Part shown: positions 27,679-38,114 of the stretch, piece by piece
Position numbering within the stretch: position 1 is the first letter of the stretch
How the letters are laid out: each line of letters begins with the position of its first letter
Source of the DNA: Candidatus Latescibacterota bacterium
GTDB taxonomy: Bacteria; Latescibacterota; UBA2968; UBA8231
Direction: 5' to 3'
NCBI GenBank assembly: GCA_965242865.1
Contig: CBDETK010000013.1
Location: 2,528,001-2,592,000, forward strand
Length of the DNA stretch: 64,000 bases
Notes under the pieces: model-generated
The model's input: only the letters and a program-made list of their open reading frames with translations
What the model was told of the DNA's origin: nothing
Database searches by the model: none
Position numbers and translations under genes: made by a program

Positions 27679-28147
27679 GGATTGTTATCGCACCACCACA
27701 AACAATGGACCAGCACTAAGAGCGTATACGAAAGTTGCTTTTCTGTTAATAAAAAGGTCTTGGCAACCTACACTTTCCGTAGCATTGGACCTCAATTCAG
27801 AGGAGGAAGTCATGGTCACCAAGACCCATTCGCGGGCTCCGCTTTGGCATACCCCGGACGCGTTAGCGAACTTTTGGGTGTGGCCTCAGATGACCAGACA
27901 GCGGTGTGTTGAGTACGACGCGGCCCTTGCGAGTCTGTCCAAGAGACCGGATATTCTATCCTGTAATTGACAGCGATCACCTATTGCGCCGATCATGGGG
28001 AACGAGCGGCGGTTCCCGATCTCGGACCAAGTGGGAGGAGTGATGATTGTCGGCAAGCTGGGGCGATCTTTGCAAGAGAAAGACCACTGAGGGGTCAGAG
28101 CTTGGAGCGAGTCAAGCGGGCGAGAAGTAAACAGGAGAATCGGACTC

Positions 28148-28438
28148 ATGGCATCTCTTACCCTTAGAAAGGCTGCCGAGGCGGCCTTGGAGCACTTTAA
28201 GGCTAATGCCGATTTATTGGGGGCAATTAGTTCAGATGTTACATTTGAAGAAGCCGAGTTATCGGAAGATGGAGCGTATTGGCATATAACTCTGGGCTAT
28301 CCTGTAAACAAGAGAACACAAGGCTTTGTGGAATCCCTCGTCTGTGAGCGAAAGTATACCATTTTTGTAATTGATGGAGAGACAGGAACTCTACGGTCCC
28401 TAAAGATGAGGCCCGATGTCGAACCCACTCTTCTCTGA
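28148..28438 (+). CDS. Hypothetical protein (96 aa), partner of the PIN-domain gene
   Basis: AGGAG SD; FEEAELS..WHITLGY...YTIFVIDGETG pattern; overlaps the next gene. Confidence 0.7.
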   Translation: MASLTLRKAAEAALEHFKANADLLGAISSDVTFEEAELSEDGAYWHITLGYPVNKRTQGFVESLVCERKYTIFVIDGETGTLRSLKMRPDVEPTLL

Positions 28439-28921
28439 ACTGGTACAGCGTTACCGCACAGCAGGAGTCCTTGTAGATACGAATATCCTTCTTCTTCTTT
28501 TTGTAGGCTCGATTGAGACGCACTTGATAAAACAATTTAAGAGGACTCGGGAGCGTTTTGAGGAGAGAGATTTCGATCTTATAATGAGCTTTTTAGCTCT
28601 TTTTAAGAGTCGAATCGTCACCACGCCTCATATTCTCACCGAAGTAAGCAACCTCGCCGGACAACTCGGTTCCCGAAAAAAGCAATTCTTTCCGAATTTC
28701 GCCAAAGGTATTTCCAGACTAATTGAACATTACGAACCCAGTACCAACCTAGCACAAGCAGGATCGTTTGCGAAATTCGGCTTGACAGATGCCGCTATTG
28801 TCAACTTGGTCCAGGATCAATTTTTAGCACTCGCGGATGACTTTCCGCTAGCTTACTTGAGCAAACAGGGCGTTTCAATCACCTTAGATTCGAGAGTTGG
28901 AGTTCGGCGAAAGGGTTATAA
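28416..28921 (+). pseudogene. PIN-domain ribonuclease with a C-terminal frameshift
   Basis: LVDTNILLL, TTPHILTEVSNL, FGLTDAAI and DDFPL motifs; expected tail FNHLR...TAA lies in another frame (28874-28921), while the main frame reads through into argJ. Confidence 0.65.
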
Positions 28922-28965
28922 GCCGCCGAGCTGTTTGCCGACCCAAACGAGACGGACGAAAAGCG

Positions 28966-30159
28966 ATGAGAATTATCAAAGACGGAGGGGTCACCGCGCC
29001 GAGTGGGTATCGGGCTGCTGGCGTCCAGACCGGCGTCAAAGAATCGGGCGCGAAGGATTTGGCGCTGGTGTATTCGACGCGCCCGGCGTATGCCGCGGCG
29101 GTGTACACCACCAACAAGGTACAGGGCGCGCCGATCGCCATCGACCGCGAGCATCTCGCCGACGGCCGGGCGCGGGCGGTCATTCTCAACAGCGGCAACG
29201 CCAATGTCTGCAATGGTGCTGTCGGCTTGGACCACGCTCGGCGAATGTGTGCCCGGACGGCGAGCGAACTGGGCCTGCCAACCGAAGAAGTGCTGGTTTG
29301 CTCCACCGGCTTGATCGGCGTACCGCTGCCGATTGCCCAGATCGAAGCGGGCATCCCGCGGCTCGTCGCCGCGCTGTCCGAAGAAGGCGGAGGCAATGCC
29401 GCCGAGGCGATCCTGACCACGGACACCGCGCCAAAAAGCTGCGCCGTTGAGGTCGAGTTGGCATCGGGCCGCGCCGTAGTTGGAGCCATGGCCAAAGGCG
29501 CCGCAATGATCGCGCCCAACATGGCGACCATGCTGGCGGTGGTGACCACGGACGCGCCGGTACCCAGCGGCCCATTGCAGGAGCTGCTGTCGCAGGCCAT
29601 CCAGCGCACGTTCAACTGCATCACCGTAGATGGCGACATGAGCACGAGCGACACGGTGATCCTGCTGGCCAACGGCGCGGGGGCAACGCTGAGCGAGCGC
29701 GATTGCGAGGGCCTTTACGAGGGCATTGAGTGCGTCTGTCGGCAGCTGGCCCAAGCGATTGCGCGCGACGCCGAGGGGTCGTCCAAGCTAATCACCATCG
29801 CGGTGCGCGGGGCCGCGACCGAAGCCGAGGCGAGACAGGTCGGCATTGCGGTGGCCAATTCGAGCTTGGTAAAGACCGCCGCGTTCGGCAACGACCCGAA
29901 CTGGGGGCGCATCCTGTGTGCGATGGGGTACGCCGGCGTGGATTTCGACCCCGAGCGGGTGCGCGTGTCCCTGTGCGGCACCGACATCTACGGCCGCGGT
30001 GCGGGCCTTGCGTACGACGCGGGCAAACTGAGCGCGGCCATGCAGGCCGAAGAAATGGCCATTGACATCAACCTCGCCATGGGATCGGCCGCCGCTGAGA
30101 TTTTCACCTGCGATCTGACGTACGAGTACGTGCGCCTGAACGCCGAATACACCACCTGA
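28966..30159 (+). CDS. argJ: Bifunctional ornithine acetyltransferase / N-acetylglutamate synthase
   Basis: NSGNAN, STGLIG, AKGAAMIAPNMATML cleavage motif, DPNWGRI, YVRLNAEYTT. Confidence 0.96.
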   Translation: MRIIKDGGVTAPSGYRAAGVQTGVKESGAKDLALVYSTRPAYAAAVYTTNKVQGAPIAIDREHLADGRARAVILNSGNANVCNGAVGLDHARRMCARTASELGLPTEEVLVCSTGLIGVPLPIAQIEAGIPRLVAALSEEGGGNAAEAILTTDTAPKSCAVEVELASGRAVVGAMAKGAAMIAPNMATMLAVVTTDAPVPSGPLQELLSQAIQRTFNCITVDGDMSTSDTVILLANGAGATLSERDCEGLYEGIECVCRQLAQAIARDAEGSSKLITIAVRGAATEAEARQVGIAVANSSLVKTAAFGNDPNWGRILCAMGYAGVDFDPERVRVSLCGTDIYGRGAGLAYDAGKLSAAMQAEEMAIDINLAMGSAAAEIFTCDLTYEYVRLNAEYTT

Positions 30160-30167
30160 GGACCCTC

Positions 30168-31349
30168 ATGCCACTTTCGCATCATGTTCAGCGAGTCCAG
30201 CCGTCGGTCACCATGCAGATTTCGGCCCGAGCCGCGGCCATGCAGCGCGCCGGTATCGACGTGATTTCTCTGTCGGCGGGCGAGCCGGATTTTGATACGC
30301 CGCAAAACGTCAAAGACGCCGGCATCCGCGCCATTGCCGAGGGCTTTACCAAGTACACCACCCCGGGATCGGGGATCGGGGAGCTCAAGGAGGCCATCTG
30401 CCGCAAATTTGAGCGCGACAACGGCTTGGTTTATACGACCGACGAGGTGATCGTCAACAATGGCGCCAAGCACTCGCTCTTTTTGGCGGTGGCCGCACTG
30501 GTCAACCCCGGCGACGAGGTCATTGTCCCCGCGCCCTATTGGGTGACCTACCGAGAGCAGCCGCGGCTGGTCGGCGGCGAGCCCGTGATCGTCGAGACCC
30601 AAGCCGCCAACGGCCTCAAGCTCACCGCAGACGAGTTCCGCGCCGCCATCACGCCCCGCACCCGGATGCTCTTTTTGTGCTCGCCGTCCAATCCCAGCGG
30701 CGCGGTGTACACCCGTGCGGAGCTAAAAGCCCTAGCGGCCGTGGCTGTTGAGCACGGGATCTACGTGCTCAGCGACGAGATTTACGAGAAGCTGATCTAC
30801 GATGGGGCCGAGCACCACTCGATCGCCGCCTGCGGCCCCGAGGCCAAAAAACTCAGCATTGTGGTCAATGGGGTCTCTAAGGCGTACTCGATGACGGGCT
30901 GGCGCATTGGCTACACCGGGGCCAGCGCGGAGATCATCGCCGGCATGAACAAGGTGCAAAGCCAAGAGGTGTCGCACCCTTCGTCGATGGCACAAAAAGC
31001 GGCCGTTGAGGCCCTCAATGGCCCGCAGGAGTCGGTTGAGGAGATGCGCCGGGCCTTTGATGCGCGGCGGCACTACATGGTCGAGCGGCTCAACGCCATA
31101 GAGGGCGTGGAATGCGCGTTGCCGCAAGGGGCTTTTTATGCCTATCCCGATGTGGCCGCGTACTACGGCGGCCAAGTCCGCGACTCCGTGGCCTTGTGCG
31201 AGTACTTGCTCGAAGAGGGCAAGGTGGCCTGTGTACCGGGTGCGGGCTTTGGCACTTATGAACACATCCGGCTTTCTTACGCGACCTCCATGGAGCAAAT
31301 CGAGCGCGCCATGGACCGAGTCGAAGAGATTTTAGGGCGTCTCTATTGA
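30168..31349 (+). CDS. aspC: Aspartate aminotransferase (class I/II PLP enzyme)
   Basis: GEPDF, SPSNPSG, SDEIY and SKAYSMTGWRIG motifs. Confidence 0.9.
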   Translation: MPLSHHVQRVQPSVTMQISARAAAMQRAGIDVISLSAGEPDFDTPQNVKDAGIRAIAEGFTKYTTPGSGIGELKEAICRKFERDNGLVYTTDEVIVNNGAKHSLFLAVAALVNPGDEVIVPAPYWVTYREQPRLVGGEPVIVETQAANGLKLTADEFRAAITPRTRMLFLCSPSNPSGAVYTRAELKALAAVAVEHGIYVLSDEIYEKLIYDGAEHHSIAACGPEAKKLSIVVNGVSKAYSMTGWRIGYTGASAEIIAGMNKVQSQEVSHPSSMAQKAAVEALNGPQESVEEMRRAFDARRHYMVERLNAIEGVECALPQGAFYAYPDVAAYYGGQVRDSVALCEYLLEEGKVACVPGAGFGTYEHIRLSYATSMEQIERAMDRVEEILGRLY

Positions 31350-31390
31350 GCGTGCAGGGGCGTCGCATCCAAACCTAGGGGGCTTGTCCG

Positions 31391-32353
31391 GTGAACAACA
31401 GTGAATTTTACCTCGATTTTGAGCGCGATCTCGTCGAGCTAGAAAAGAAAATCAACGACCTAAAGAGCCAAGCCGAGACCAATGGCTTGAATTTGGACGA
31501 GGGGGTGCAGAAGCTCGAAGCGCAGGCCGCCAAGAAGCGCCGGGCGCTCTACGCCAATCTCAGCCCTTGGCAGCGGGTGCAGATCGCCCGGCACCCGCAC
31601 CGCCCGTACGCGCTCGATTACGTCGAGCGCATGCTCACCGACTTCACCGAGCTACACGGCGACCGCCTCTTTGCCGACGACGCCTCCATCATCGGCGGCC
31701 CGGCGCGGCTAGACGACCGATCGATCATGGTCCTTGGCATCCAGAACGGACGCAACCTCGAAGAGCGGCAAAAGCGCAACTTTGGCATGCCGCATCCCGA
31801 AGGGTATCGCAAGGCCCGCCGCCTGATGCAAATGGCGGCCAAGTTCAAATTGCCGGTCTTGACCTTGGTCGATACCTCGGGGGCCTATCCCGGAATCGAG
31901 GCCGAGGAGCGCGGCCAAGCCGAGGCCATCGCCCGCAACCTCTACGAAATGTCGCATCTGTCCGTGCCCATCGTCGTGGCCATCATCGGCCAAGCCTTCA
32001 GCGGCGGGGCCATTGGCATCACGGTCGGCGACCGAATCCTGATGCTGGAGCATGCGTGTTATTCGGTGATCGTGCCGGAGAGCTGCTCAACCATTCTGTT
32101 CAAGGTGCGCGAGCGCCGCGAGGAGGCGGCCGAGGCCCTCAAGCTCACGGCCGCCGACTTGGCCAAGCAGGGAATCATCGACCGCATCGTGCCCGAGCCG
32201 TTGGGCGGCGCCCATCGCGACTGGGACGGAGCGGCCGCCACCCTCAAGCGCTACGTGCAAGATGCCCTAGCCGAGCTACAGCCCCTCGCTTCAGAGGAAC
32301 TGATAGCCCAGCGGCAGGACAAGTTCGCGGCGATGGCGCGGTTTGAGGGCTAG
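31391..32353 (+). CDS. accA: Acetyl-CoA carboxylase carboxyltransferase alpha subunit
   Basis: LDFE, ARHPHRP, ELHGDR, NFGMPHPEGYRKA and GIEAEERGQ motifs. Confidence 0.96.
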   Translation: MNNSEFYLDFERDLVELEKKINDLKSQAETNGLNLDEGVQKLEAQAAKKRRALYANLSPWQRVQIARHPHRPYALDYVERMLTDFTELHGDRLFADDASIIGGPARLDDRSIMVLGIQNGRNLEERQKRNFGMPHPEGYRKARRLMQMAAKFKLPVLTLVDTSGAYPGIEAEERGQAEAIARNLYEMSHLSVPIVVAIIGQAFSGGAIGITVGDRILMLEHACYSVIVPESCSTILFKVRERREEAAEALKLTAADLAKQGIIDRIVPEPLGGAHRDWDGAAATLKRYVQDALAELQPLASEELIAQRQDKFAAMARFEG

Positions 32354-32363
32354 GCGGCGGCGA

Positions 32364-33200
32364 TCAGGCGCGCCGCAGGCGGTCGAAGAGCCGCTCTAGG
32401 CGGTCGAAGACGAGGCGGATCATGTCTTCGTCCCAGTCGCCGTCAATGTTGATCTGGAGCGTGGACTGGAGGGTCTCTAGATACGCTCGCTGCGTCTCGG
32501 TTAGGGGGCGTTCCGGGCGTTCCGGGCGTTCCGGGCGTTCCGAGTTGGTGCGTTTGGCGCGGCCGTCGCGGCCGGGACGCTCCTTGGGGGCGGGCGCAGG
32601 TTCTCGGGCGCTGCGATCGTCTTGGGGCGCGGCGGGGGCGGGGCGTTCGTTTTGCGGCTCGGCTTCGGCGGGTGCCGCTTCCCTTTGCGGGGCGTGGGGG
32701 GTGCCGAAGTCGGCTTCGGCGATGAGATATTTGAAAAACATCTTCATCTTGTTGGCTGAATCGCGCCCCATGCCAGTGCGGGTGCGGAAGTAATCGACAA
32801 TCGCCTCGTCGCTCATGGTGCCGCCGGTCTGTTCCCACTCCGGCAGCAGCTCCTTATAGAGGTCGCGGACCACTTCGGCAACCGCGAATCGGCGCGTCTC
32901 CTGCGGGACGATCCGCAAGAGTAAGTCCGTGGGCTTTTGGTTGCGGTCGGTCAAGTTCATGGATTCGATGCCGCGCAAAAAGCGGTGAATCATCGACGGG
33001 GTGCGAATAATGGGCCGCACGTAGTCGCGGTTGATTTGGTCGGGGATTTTGTCCTCTAGCCGCGAGAGGAACCGCTCGAACTGCACCTTGGTAATGTAGG
33101 GAAACCAAGCCCGGTCCTGCCGGCCGCCGTTTTCCTCCGCGGCCTCTTCCACTGTCGTCTCAGCCGCGTCTTGGCGTACTTCTTCCATTGTAGTCTCCAT
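32364..33200 (-). CDS. Hypothetical protein, DUF5343-like N-terminal domain with a Pro/Glu/Arg-rich linker
   Basis: PYIT...FERFL..L...IPDQINRDY and ANKMKMFFKYL patterns; start at 33200 or 33188. Confidence 0.65.
   Translation of the reverse strand: METTMEEVRQDAAETTVEEAAEENGGRQDRAWFPYITKVQFERFLSRLEDKIPDQINRDYVRPIIRTPSMIHRFLRGIESMNLTDRNQKPTDLLLRIVPQETRRFAVAEVVRDLYKELLPEWEQTGGTMSDEAIVDYFRTRTGMGRDSANKMKMFFKYLIAEADFGTPHAPQREAAPAEAEPQNERPAPAAPQDDRSAREPAPAPKERPGRDGRAKRTNSERPERPERPERPLTETQRAYLETLQSTLQINIDGDWDEDMIRLVFDRLERLFDRLRRA
32506..32541. repeat. Perfect 9-bp tandem repeat GGGCGTTCC x4 (encodes ERP repeats on the minus strand)
   Basis: Read directly from the sequence. Confidence 0.9.
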
Positions 33201-33225
33201 TCGATAAGTTGATATGCCGCCGGGG

Positions 33226-33585
33226 TTAGGGCTGCGAGGCAAATTCGGCCGTCACAACGGCGGAGATGCCACCGCGCACGTTGAAGTCTCCCGCCACGGT
33301 CATGCGCCGCGGCGCACAGGCGGCCACCAAATCGTCGAGAATGGTGTTGGTGACCGCTTCGTAATACGCGCCCTCTTGGCGAAAGAACCACAGATAGAGC
33401 TTGAGCGATTTGAGCTCAATGCAATGCTGGTCGGGCACGTAGCAGATGTGAATGGTGCCGAAATCGGGTTGCCCGGTTACGGGACATATCGAAGTGAATT
33501 CCGGACACTCTAGCTCGATGGTGTAGTCGCGGTCCGGATGGGGATTGGCAAAAACCGCTAGGCTTTTGCTCGGCTCAGTAGCCAT
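33226..33585 (-). CDS. queF: preQ0 (7-cyano-7-deazaguanine) reductase, short type
   Basis: [24 protein letters not shown] and FNVRGGI motifs. Confidence 0.95.
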   Translation of the reverse strand: MATEPSKSLAVFANPHPDRDYTIELECPEFTSICPVTGQPDFGTIHICYVPDQHCIELKSLKLYLWFFRQEGAYYEAVTNTILDDLVAACAPRRMTVAGDFNVRGGISAVVTAEFASQP

Positions 33586-33645
33586 GAAATTTAGTCTCCT
33601 AACTGCCTAAAGCACTTAGAAGATAAGGCCAAACGGGTGTTTTGG

Positions 33646-35229
33646 CTATGCTGCGACAAAGCGCTCGATGACGTTGGCGGTGATGCGCGACACGGTCTCA
33701 TCTACGAGAATCGAGGCTGGATAGGTGATGGAGCCCACGGAAAAAACCGCGCCGCCGCTCGCCGTTTCGTAGTACGTGATTTCCGCGCCGCCGCGGTCCG
33801 GGTTGAGGCCGCGGGCGACGATTTCGACGCCGGGGGGCGAAAAGGAGGAGGTCTTGTCGGTCTCGTGGCCGGAGGCGCCGCCGGGTATCCGCTCGTGCAA
33901 GCTGGCTGCGCCAAAGGCGTCGCCGGTTGTGACGCCCGTGCCGGCGAAAATCCAGTGGTCGGCGTCGAGGACTTGGTACGGCGCGGCCGTCATAATGCCC
34001 GGATGGGTAAAGACCACGCCGAGCAGATTGGCCTCGGACTCGTTGTACTGGTGAAAGCGGCTCTCGTAGCCTTTGGCCCGTTGGATGCGCGTGTCGCCGT
34101 TTTTGACCTTCATCGTCTGCTCGTCAATGAGCTCCACCTCGCAGTTGAGGCCGTTGCCGCCCAAGTACATGAGTTTGCCGCGGCGCTCGCGCACCCAGGC
34201 CTTGACCCCGTAGTACATCTGGCGCGACCAGTACTCGGGATGGGTGGTGATGATGAGGACTTTGTACTGGTCGAGGTCGAGCTGGCCAAAGTGCAACTGG
34301 GTCTCGGCGTACAGGTCGTAGGCAAGGCCCTCGCGCTCTAGCCAGCCGAGGAAGCGCCACTCGGCCGGGGCTACGTGACAGGCGGCGCGGCCCGCAATGG
34401 GGTCGGTGACCTCAACATCCGCGGGAATGTGGTTGATCGGCTCGGGCCGGTCAAAGGAGAGCGGGGCGTAGTCCTCGGCGTCGTAGTTGACGTGCTCGGG
34501 GTCGGTGTAGCGCTTCAGCTCTAGGCGGGCATTGATCGTCGGCGTGGGCGGGAAGCGGTCCGGGTGGATGTAGTTGGAGCGTCCGCCAAAATTGTTGTAC
34601 GCGTTCCAGTTGATGTTGGCGGCGAGGACCGCGATGTCCGCGCTGGGGGCGGCCGGAGCGACGATCCAAGGAAAGGAGAAGAACGCGCCGGACTCGCCTT
34701 GGGCGTGGAAGTAGTAAAGGCCAGAGCGTTCCGGCGCGGTCACGAACTGTTTGTGGGAGGGGCTAGTATAACCAAACTTGTTCCACGTCACCCCGGTCTG
34801 CACGTAGTCGCCGTCCGGGGTAATCTGCATAGTGGCGCACGGTCCGTGCTCGTCGAACCAGCCCAGCGGGCGGATGTGCTCTTTTTCCCAACCGTAGCGC
34901 CACAGGTCGAGGCGGTAGGCTTCGAGCGAGTGGACGCGAAACTCGGATTGTTCGCCCGCTTTGACCCACTTGGGCCAAGCGTAGCCGAGCAGCTGATGAG
35001 CGAGTAGGCGGAAGTGGTGGGGGCGGTCGGGGTGGATGTTGACCTGTACGCGCTTGGGGCCGAAGCCATCTTTTTGCAAGGTCGCGGTGTAGGGGCCGGG
35101 GGGGATGTCGGCAAAGACTTCGCCGGTGGCCCGCGAGCGAGTTTCGACGTGCAGGTTTTCGTTGGCGAGTTCAAGTTGCACATCGTGCAGGGCGATGTAG
35201 CGTTCGTCGCTGACGTAACCGACTAGCAT
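33646..35229 (-). CDS. N,N-dimethylformamidase beta-subunit-like protein with an N-terminal carboxypeptidase-regulatory-like domain
   Basis: SGLYYFH, NWNAYNNFGGRSNY, LSFDRP, HPEYWS, LGGNG, GHETD and VFSVGSI motifs; SD AAGGAG. Confidence 0.75.
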   Translation of the reverse strand: MLVGYVSDERYIALHDVQLELANENLHVETRSRATGEVFADIPPGPYTATLQKDGFGPKRVQVNIHPDRPHHFRLLAHQLLGYAWPKWVKAGEQSEFRVHSLEAYRLDLWRYGWEKEHIRPLGWFDEHGPCATMQITPDGDYVQTGVTWNKFGYTSPSHKQFVTAPERSGLYYFHAQGESGAFFSFPWIVAPAAPSADIAVLAANINWNAYNNFGGRSNYIHPDRFPPTPTINARLELKRYTDPEHVNYDAEDYAPLSFDRPEPINHIPADVEVTDPIAGRAACHVAPAEWRFLGWLEREGLAYDLYAETQLHFGQLDLDQYKVLIITTHPEYWSRQMYYGVKAWVRERRGKLMYLGGNGLNCEVELIDEQTMKVKNGDTRIQRAKGYESRFHQYNESEANLLGVVFTHPGIMTAAPYQVLDADHWIFAGTGVTTGDAFGAASLHERIPGGASGHETDKTSSFSPPGVEIVARGLNPDRGGAEITYYETASGGAVFSVGSITYPASILVDETVSRITANVIERFVAA

Positions 35230-35274
35230 GGGTTAGCTCCTTAGGTAAGTGGGTATGAGGGAGCCGCACGGGGA

Positions 35275-35334
35275 CTGACCACTAATCACTGCAATCGGCG
35301 TAAGGCAAGGGGTCGTCGGTCCCGGCTCGGCGAA
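35275..35334. repeat. 60-bp direct repeat, left copy (displaced queC 3' end)
   Basis: CTGACCACTAATCACTGC...CTCGGCGAA; 58/60 identical to 39203-39262. Confidence 0.95.
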
Positions 35335-35362
35335 TTTGGGCATTGAACGTTGGGCTTGGGTT

Positions 35363-35391
35363 TTGACAAAGCTACCATAATATGATAGTTT
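35363..35391 (+). promoter_or_regulatory. Putative sigma70 promoter of the methyltransferase
   Basis: TTGACA (35363-35368), 17 nt, TAGTTT (35386-35391) with upstream TG. Confidence 0.55.
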
Positions 35392-35411
35392 GTACTTAGA
35401 AAGCAAGGAGA

Positions 35412-38114
35412 ATGAAATCCATGAGTCAAAAATACAAGGCCGTTTACTTTCCTAATCTCCCGGCTCCCACCTCAAAGGAACGATCGTTGACCTTGGCATT
35501 TGGCAAAAAGACGCAGGAATTATACGAATGCGTCAAGGATCTTTCCAGTGCGGAACTGCGTCAGTTGTTGGGAGGCGATTATCGGGAACTCGTGGCGAAT
35601 GCGGAAGCAAGTGACTTGCCGTTAAACACGTATTGCCTGCGCCAGTTAAAGAAATCGATACATCTCGTGCGAGAACGCGCGGTCCAACTCTCGCTGCCGA
35701 CCATGGATGCCGACGCCAAATTATTCGATCCAGTAACTGTGACTTTCAAGGGCGGACGCCGAGAACCGTTTGCTCGCTGGTATCCGTACTTAGAAGGATA
35801 TTCGACGCAATTTGTGGCATCTATTTTGCAAAAATACGCCCCGAATGCCCAAGTAATTCTCGATCCCTTTGCTGGAACGGGAACCACGTTTTTTACCGCC
35901 GCCGAACTCGACAAAACAGCCTATTTTTGTGAGGTGAATCCGGTCTTGCAGTTTATCAGCATGACTAAAATCCGAGTCCGGCGGTTGAACTCGACGCGGC
36001 GATTGGCCTTGGTACGTGCGCTCGTGCAGGCAAAAGACGCGCTGCCGCACTTGGAAAAATTCTCGCGAAACCACGCGTTGCAGCAAACATACGCGCAGGT
36101 TTTTGGCGATAGTCTATTTTTTGCGGAGCGGATGTACGAGCAAGTTTTGTGCGCGAGATCGTGGGTTGATGAAGTTGCCCTTGAGGACCCGATGTTAGCG
36201 GATTTAATTGCGGTTGCGATTTTAGCGGCACTCGTCCCCGCATCTCAGATGAAACGAGCAGGCGACTTGCGTTATAAGACGCCTAGGGAACTTACGCGGC
36301 AAACGATTCCACTCGTCGAAGGTATCTACCGGAATATCGACCACATCGCGCACGATATCCGCGAGGATGTACGTGGCCTGCGAACGGAACCGCTGTTAAT
36401 CTGTGAAAATGCACACTCATTAGGTGAGGTGCCGCCGCTCGGTATCGATGCTGTTATAACTAGCCCGCCTTATGTGAACGGAACAAATTACTTTCGCAAC
36501 ACAAAAATAGAGTTGTGGTTCTTGCGTTGCTTAAAGGAAAAGCAGGATCTGGCGAGGTTTCGTGCAGCTTCTTTGACGGCTGGAATCAACGATGTCACCG
36601 TTGCAAAAGCCCCGGTTTCACTGCATCCAGACGTAGAGAAAGTTGTCGCCCGGCTCGCCCAGGAGGGTTACGACACGCGCATTCCTCGCATGATCGCCTG
36701 TTATTTTAGCGAGATGACTGGTGTTTTTCAGGCAATTCGCTCGCATTTAGCTCCAGAAGCGACAGTGGCGATTGATATTGGCGACTCGTGTTATGCCGGC
36801 ATCCACGTTCCCGCCGAGCAGTTGTTGTCCGCGTGTTTGCAAGACTTGGGCTTTGTGCAAACGGATGATGTGACCCTGCGACGCCGCAAATCGAGAGGAG
36901 GGATGCTGCTAAAACAGTCCCTGCTAGTCTTCAATTGTCACTCGCGACTAAGGAACTATAATATAAATATAAGAGCAAAAGAGCGGATTCCAGCTTGGCG
37001 CGACGAATGGGATCGCTGCAAGCAAAACCTGCCACATCAGCAAGCACCCTTTACAAGACGCAACTGGGGACACGCTTGGCATTCTCTGTGCTCGTATCCG
37101 GGGAAGCTAAAACCGGCTATCGCCCATCACTTGGTGCGGACATTTGTTCCGGTTGGAGGGCGCGTACTGGATCCTTTTGCAGGTGTTGGCACCATCCCAT
37201 TTGAAGCGGCGTTGGCCGACAAGCTAGCTTACGGTTTTGAGATCAGCCCGGCTGCTTTTGCTATTGCCAGCGCAAAGGTGCAATCTCCCTGCGAACAAGG
37301 TTGTGCGACAGTTTTAGAAACAGTGAAGAATTTTATTGCCGATAACATGGTTACTGAGCGGGAGACCGCCGAAGTCAAGCAGCTTGGATTCAATGGCAAA
37401 ATCGCCGACTATTACGAAGCGCGGACCTTGCGCGAAATCATTTTAGCTCGTCGCTATTTCCTCGCCCAGCCGCCGCGGACCCCCGCTGAGCACTTTGTGG
37501 TTGCCGCGCTACTACACATTTTGCACGGCAATCGCCCCTATGCTCTCAGTCGCCGCTCACATCCGCTGACGCCCTACAAGCCGACCGGTCCCTATGAGTA
37601 CCGAGGGCTAGTTGATCGCCTAGGTGCAAAGGTCCAGCGGAGTTTAAACGAAGAATTGCCCGCCGTCTTTCGATCCGGCAAGATATTTTTTCAAGATGCA
37701 GCGGGTTGGTGGCCTCAGGAGGTTGATCAGCTAGATGCCGTGATTACGTCGCCTCCTTTCTTCGACAGCACCCGCTTTTATCTCGCCAACTGGTTACGTT
37801 TGTGGTTTGCCGGTTGGTCAGCGCACGATTTTGCCACCTGCCCAGCCGTTTTTATTGACGAACAACAAAAGCGGAGTTTTGACGTATATATCCCGATTTT
37901 GCGGCAGGCAAGGGAGCGGCTTAAAACAAATGGCGTCTTCGTTTTGCACTTAGGCAAAAGCATTAAATGCGATATGGCAGCTCAGTTGTGTAAGCTCGGC
38001 AAACGATGGTTTCGCTCCGCAGATTTTTTCGACGAGAGTGTCGCGCACTGCGAATCGCATGGCATCCGCGACAAGGGGACGGTTACATCGCACCAGTATC
38101 TGGTTTTGTACTAG
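35412..38114 (+). CDS. Fused double DNA amino-methyltransferase (two N4C/N6A-type domains), 900 aa
   Basis: Domain 1: DPFAGTGT...TSPPY; domain 2: SYPGKL, DPFAGVGT...TSPPF; SD AAGGAG. Confidence 0.88.
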   Translation: MKSMSQKYKAVYFPNLPAPTSKERSLTLAFGKKTQELYECVKDLSSAELRQLLGGDYRELVANAEASDLPLNTYCLRQLKKSIHLVRERAVQLSLPTMDADAKLFDPVTVTFKGGRREPFARWYPYLEGYSTQFVASILQKYAPNAQVILDPFAGTGTTFFTAAELDKTAYFCEVNPVLQFISMTKIRVRRLNSTRRLALVRALVQAKDALPHLEKFSRNHALQQTYAQVFGDSLFFAERMYEQVLCARSWVDEVALEDPMLADLIAVAILAALVPASQMKRAGDLRYKTPRELTRQTIPLVEGIYRNIDHIAHDIREDVRGLRTEPLLICENAHSLGEVPPLGIDAVITSPPYVNGTNYFRNTKIELWFLRCLKEKQDLARFRAASLTAGINDVTVAKAPVSLHPDVEKVVARLAQEGYDTRIPRMIACYFSEMTGVFQAIRSHLAPEATVAIDIGDSCYAGIHVPAEQLLSACLQDLGFVQTDDVTLRRRKSRGGMLLKQSLLVFNCHSRLRNYNINIRAKERIPAWRDEWDRCKQNLPHQQAPFTRRNWGHAWHSLCSYPGKLKPAIAHHLVRTFVPVGGRVLDPFAGVGTIPFEAALADKLAYGFEISPAAFAIASAKVQSPCEQGCATVLETVKNFIADNMVTERETAEVKQLGFNGKIADYYEARTLREIILARRYFLAQPPRTPAEHFVVAALLHILHGNRPYALSRRSHPLTPYKPTGPYEYRGLVDRLGAKVQRSLNEELPAVFRSGKIFFQDAAGWWPQEVDQLDAVITSPPFFDSTRFYLANWLRLWFAGWSAHDFATCPAVFIDEQQKRSFDVYIPILRQARERLKTNGVFVLHLGKSIKCDMAAQLCKLGKRWFRSADFFDESVAHCESHGIRDKGTVTSHQYLVLY

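Noticed and set aside
28416-29450. 344-aa ORF as a real full-length protein
   Set aside because: Its distal half is an out-of-frame shadow of argJ created by the PIN-gene frameshift.
32506-32541. Short tandem repeats as a CRISPR array or phase-variation tract
   Set aside because: No spacers. The unit length is a multiple of three within a coding linker, so copy-number changes would not shift the frame.
33586-33645. preQ1 riboswitch upstream of queF
   Set aside because: Only a simple 7-bp hairpin is present, with no preQ1 loop consensus or A-rich tail.
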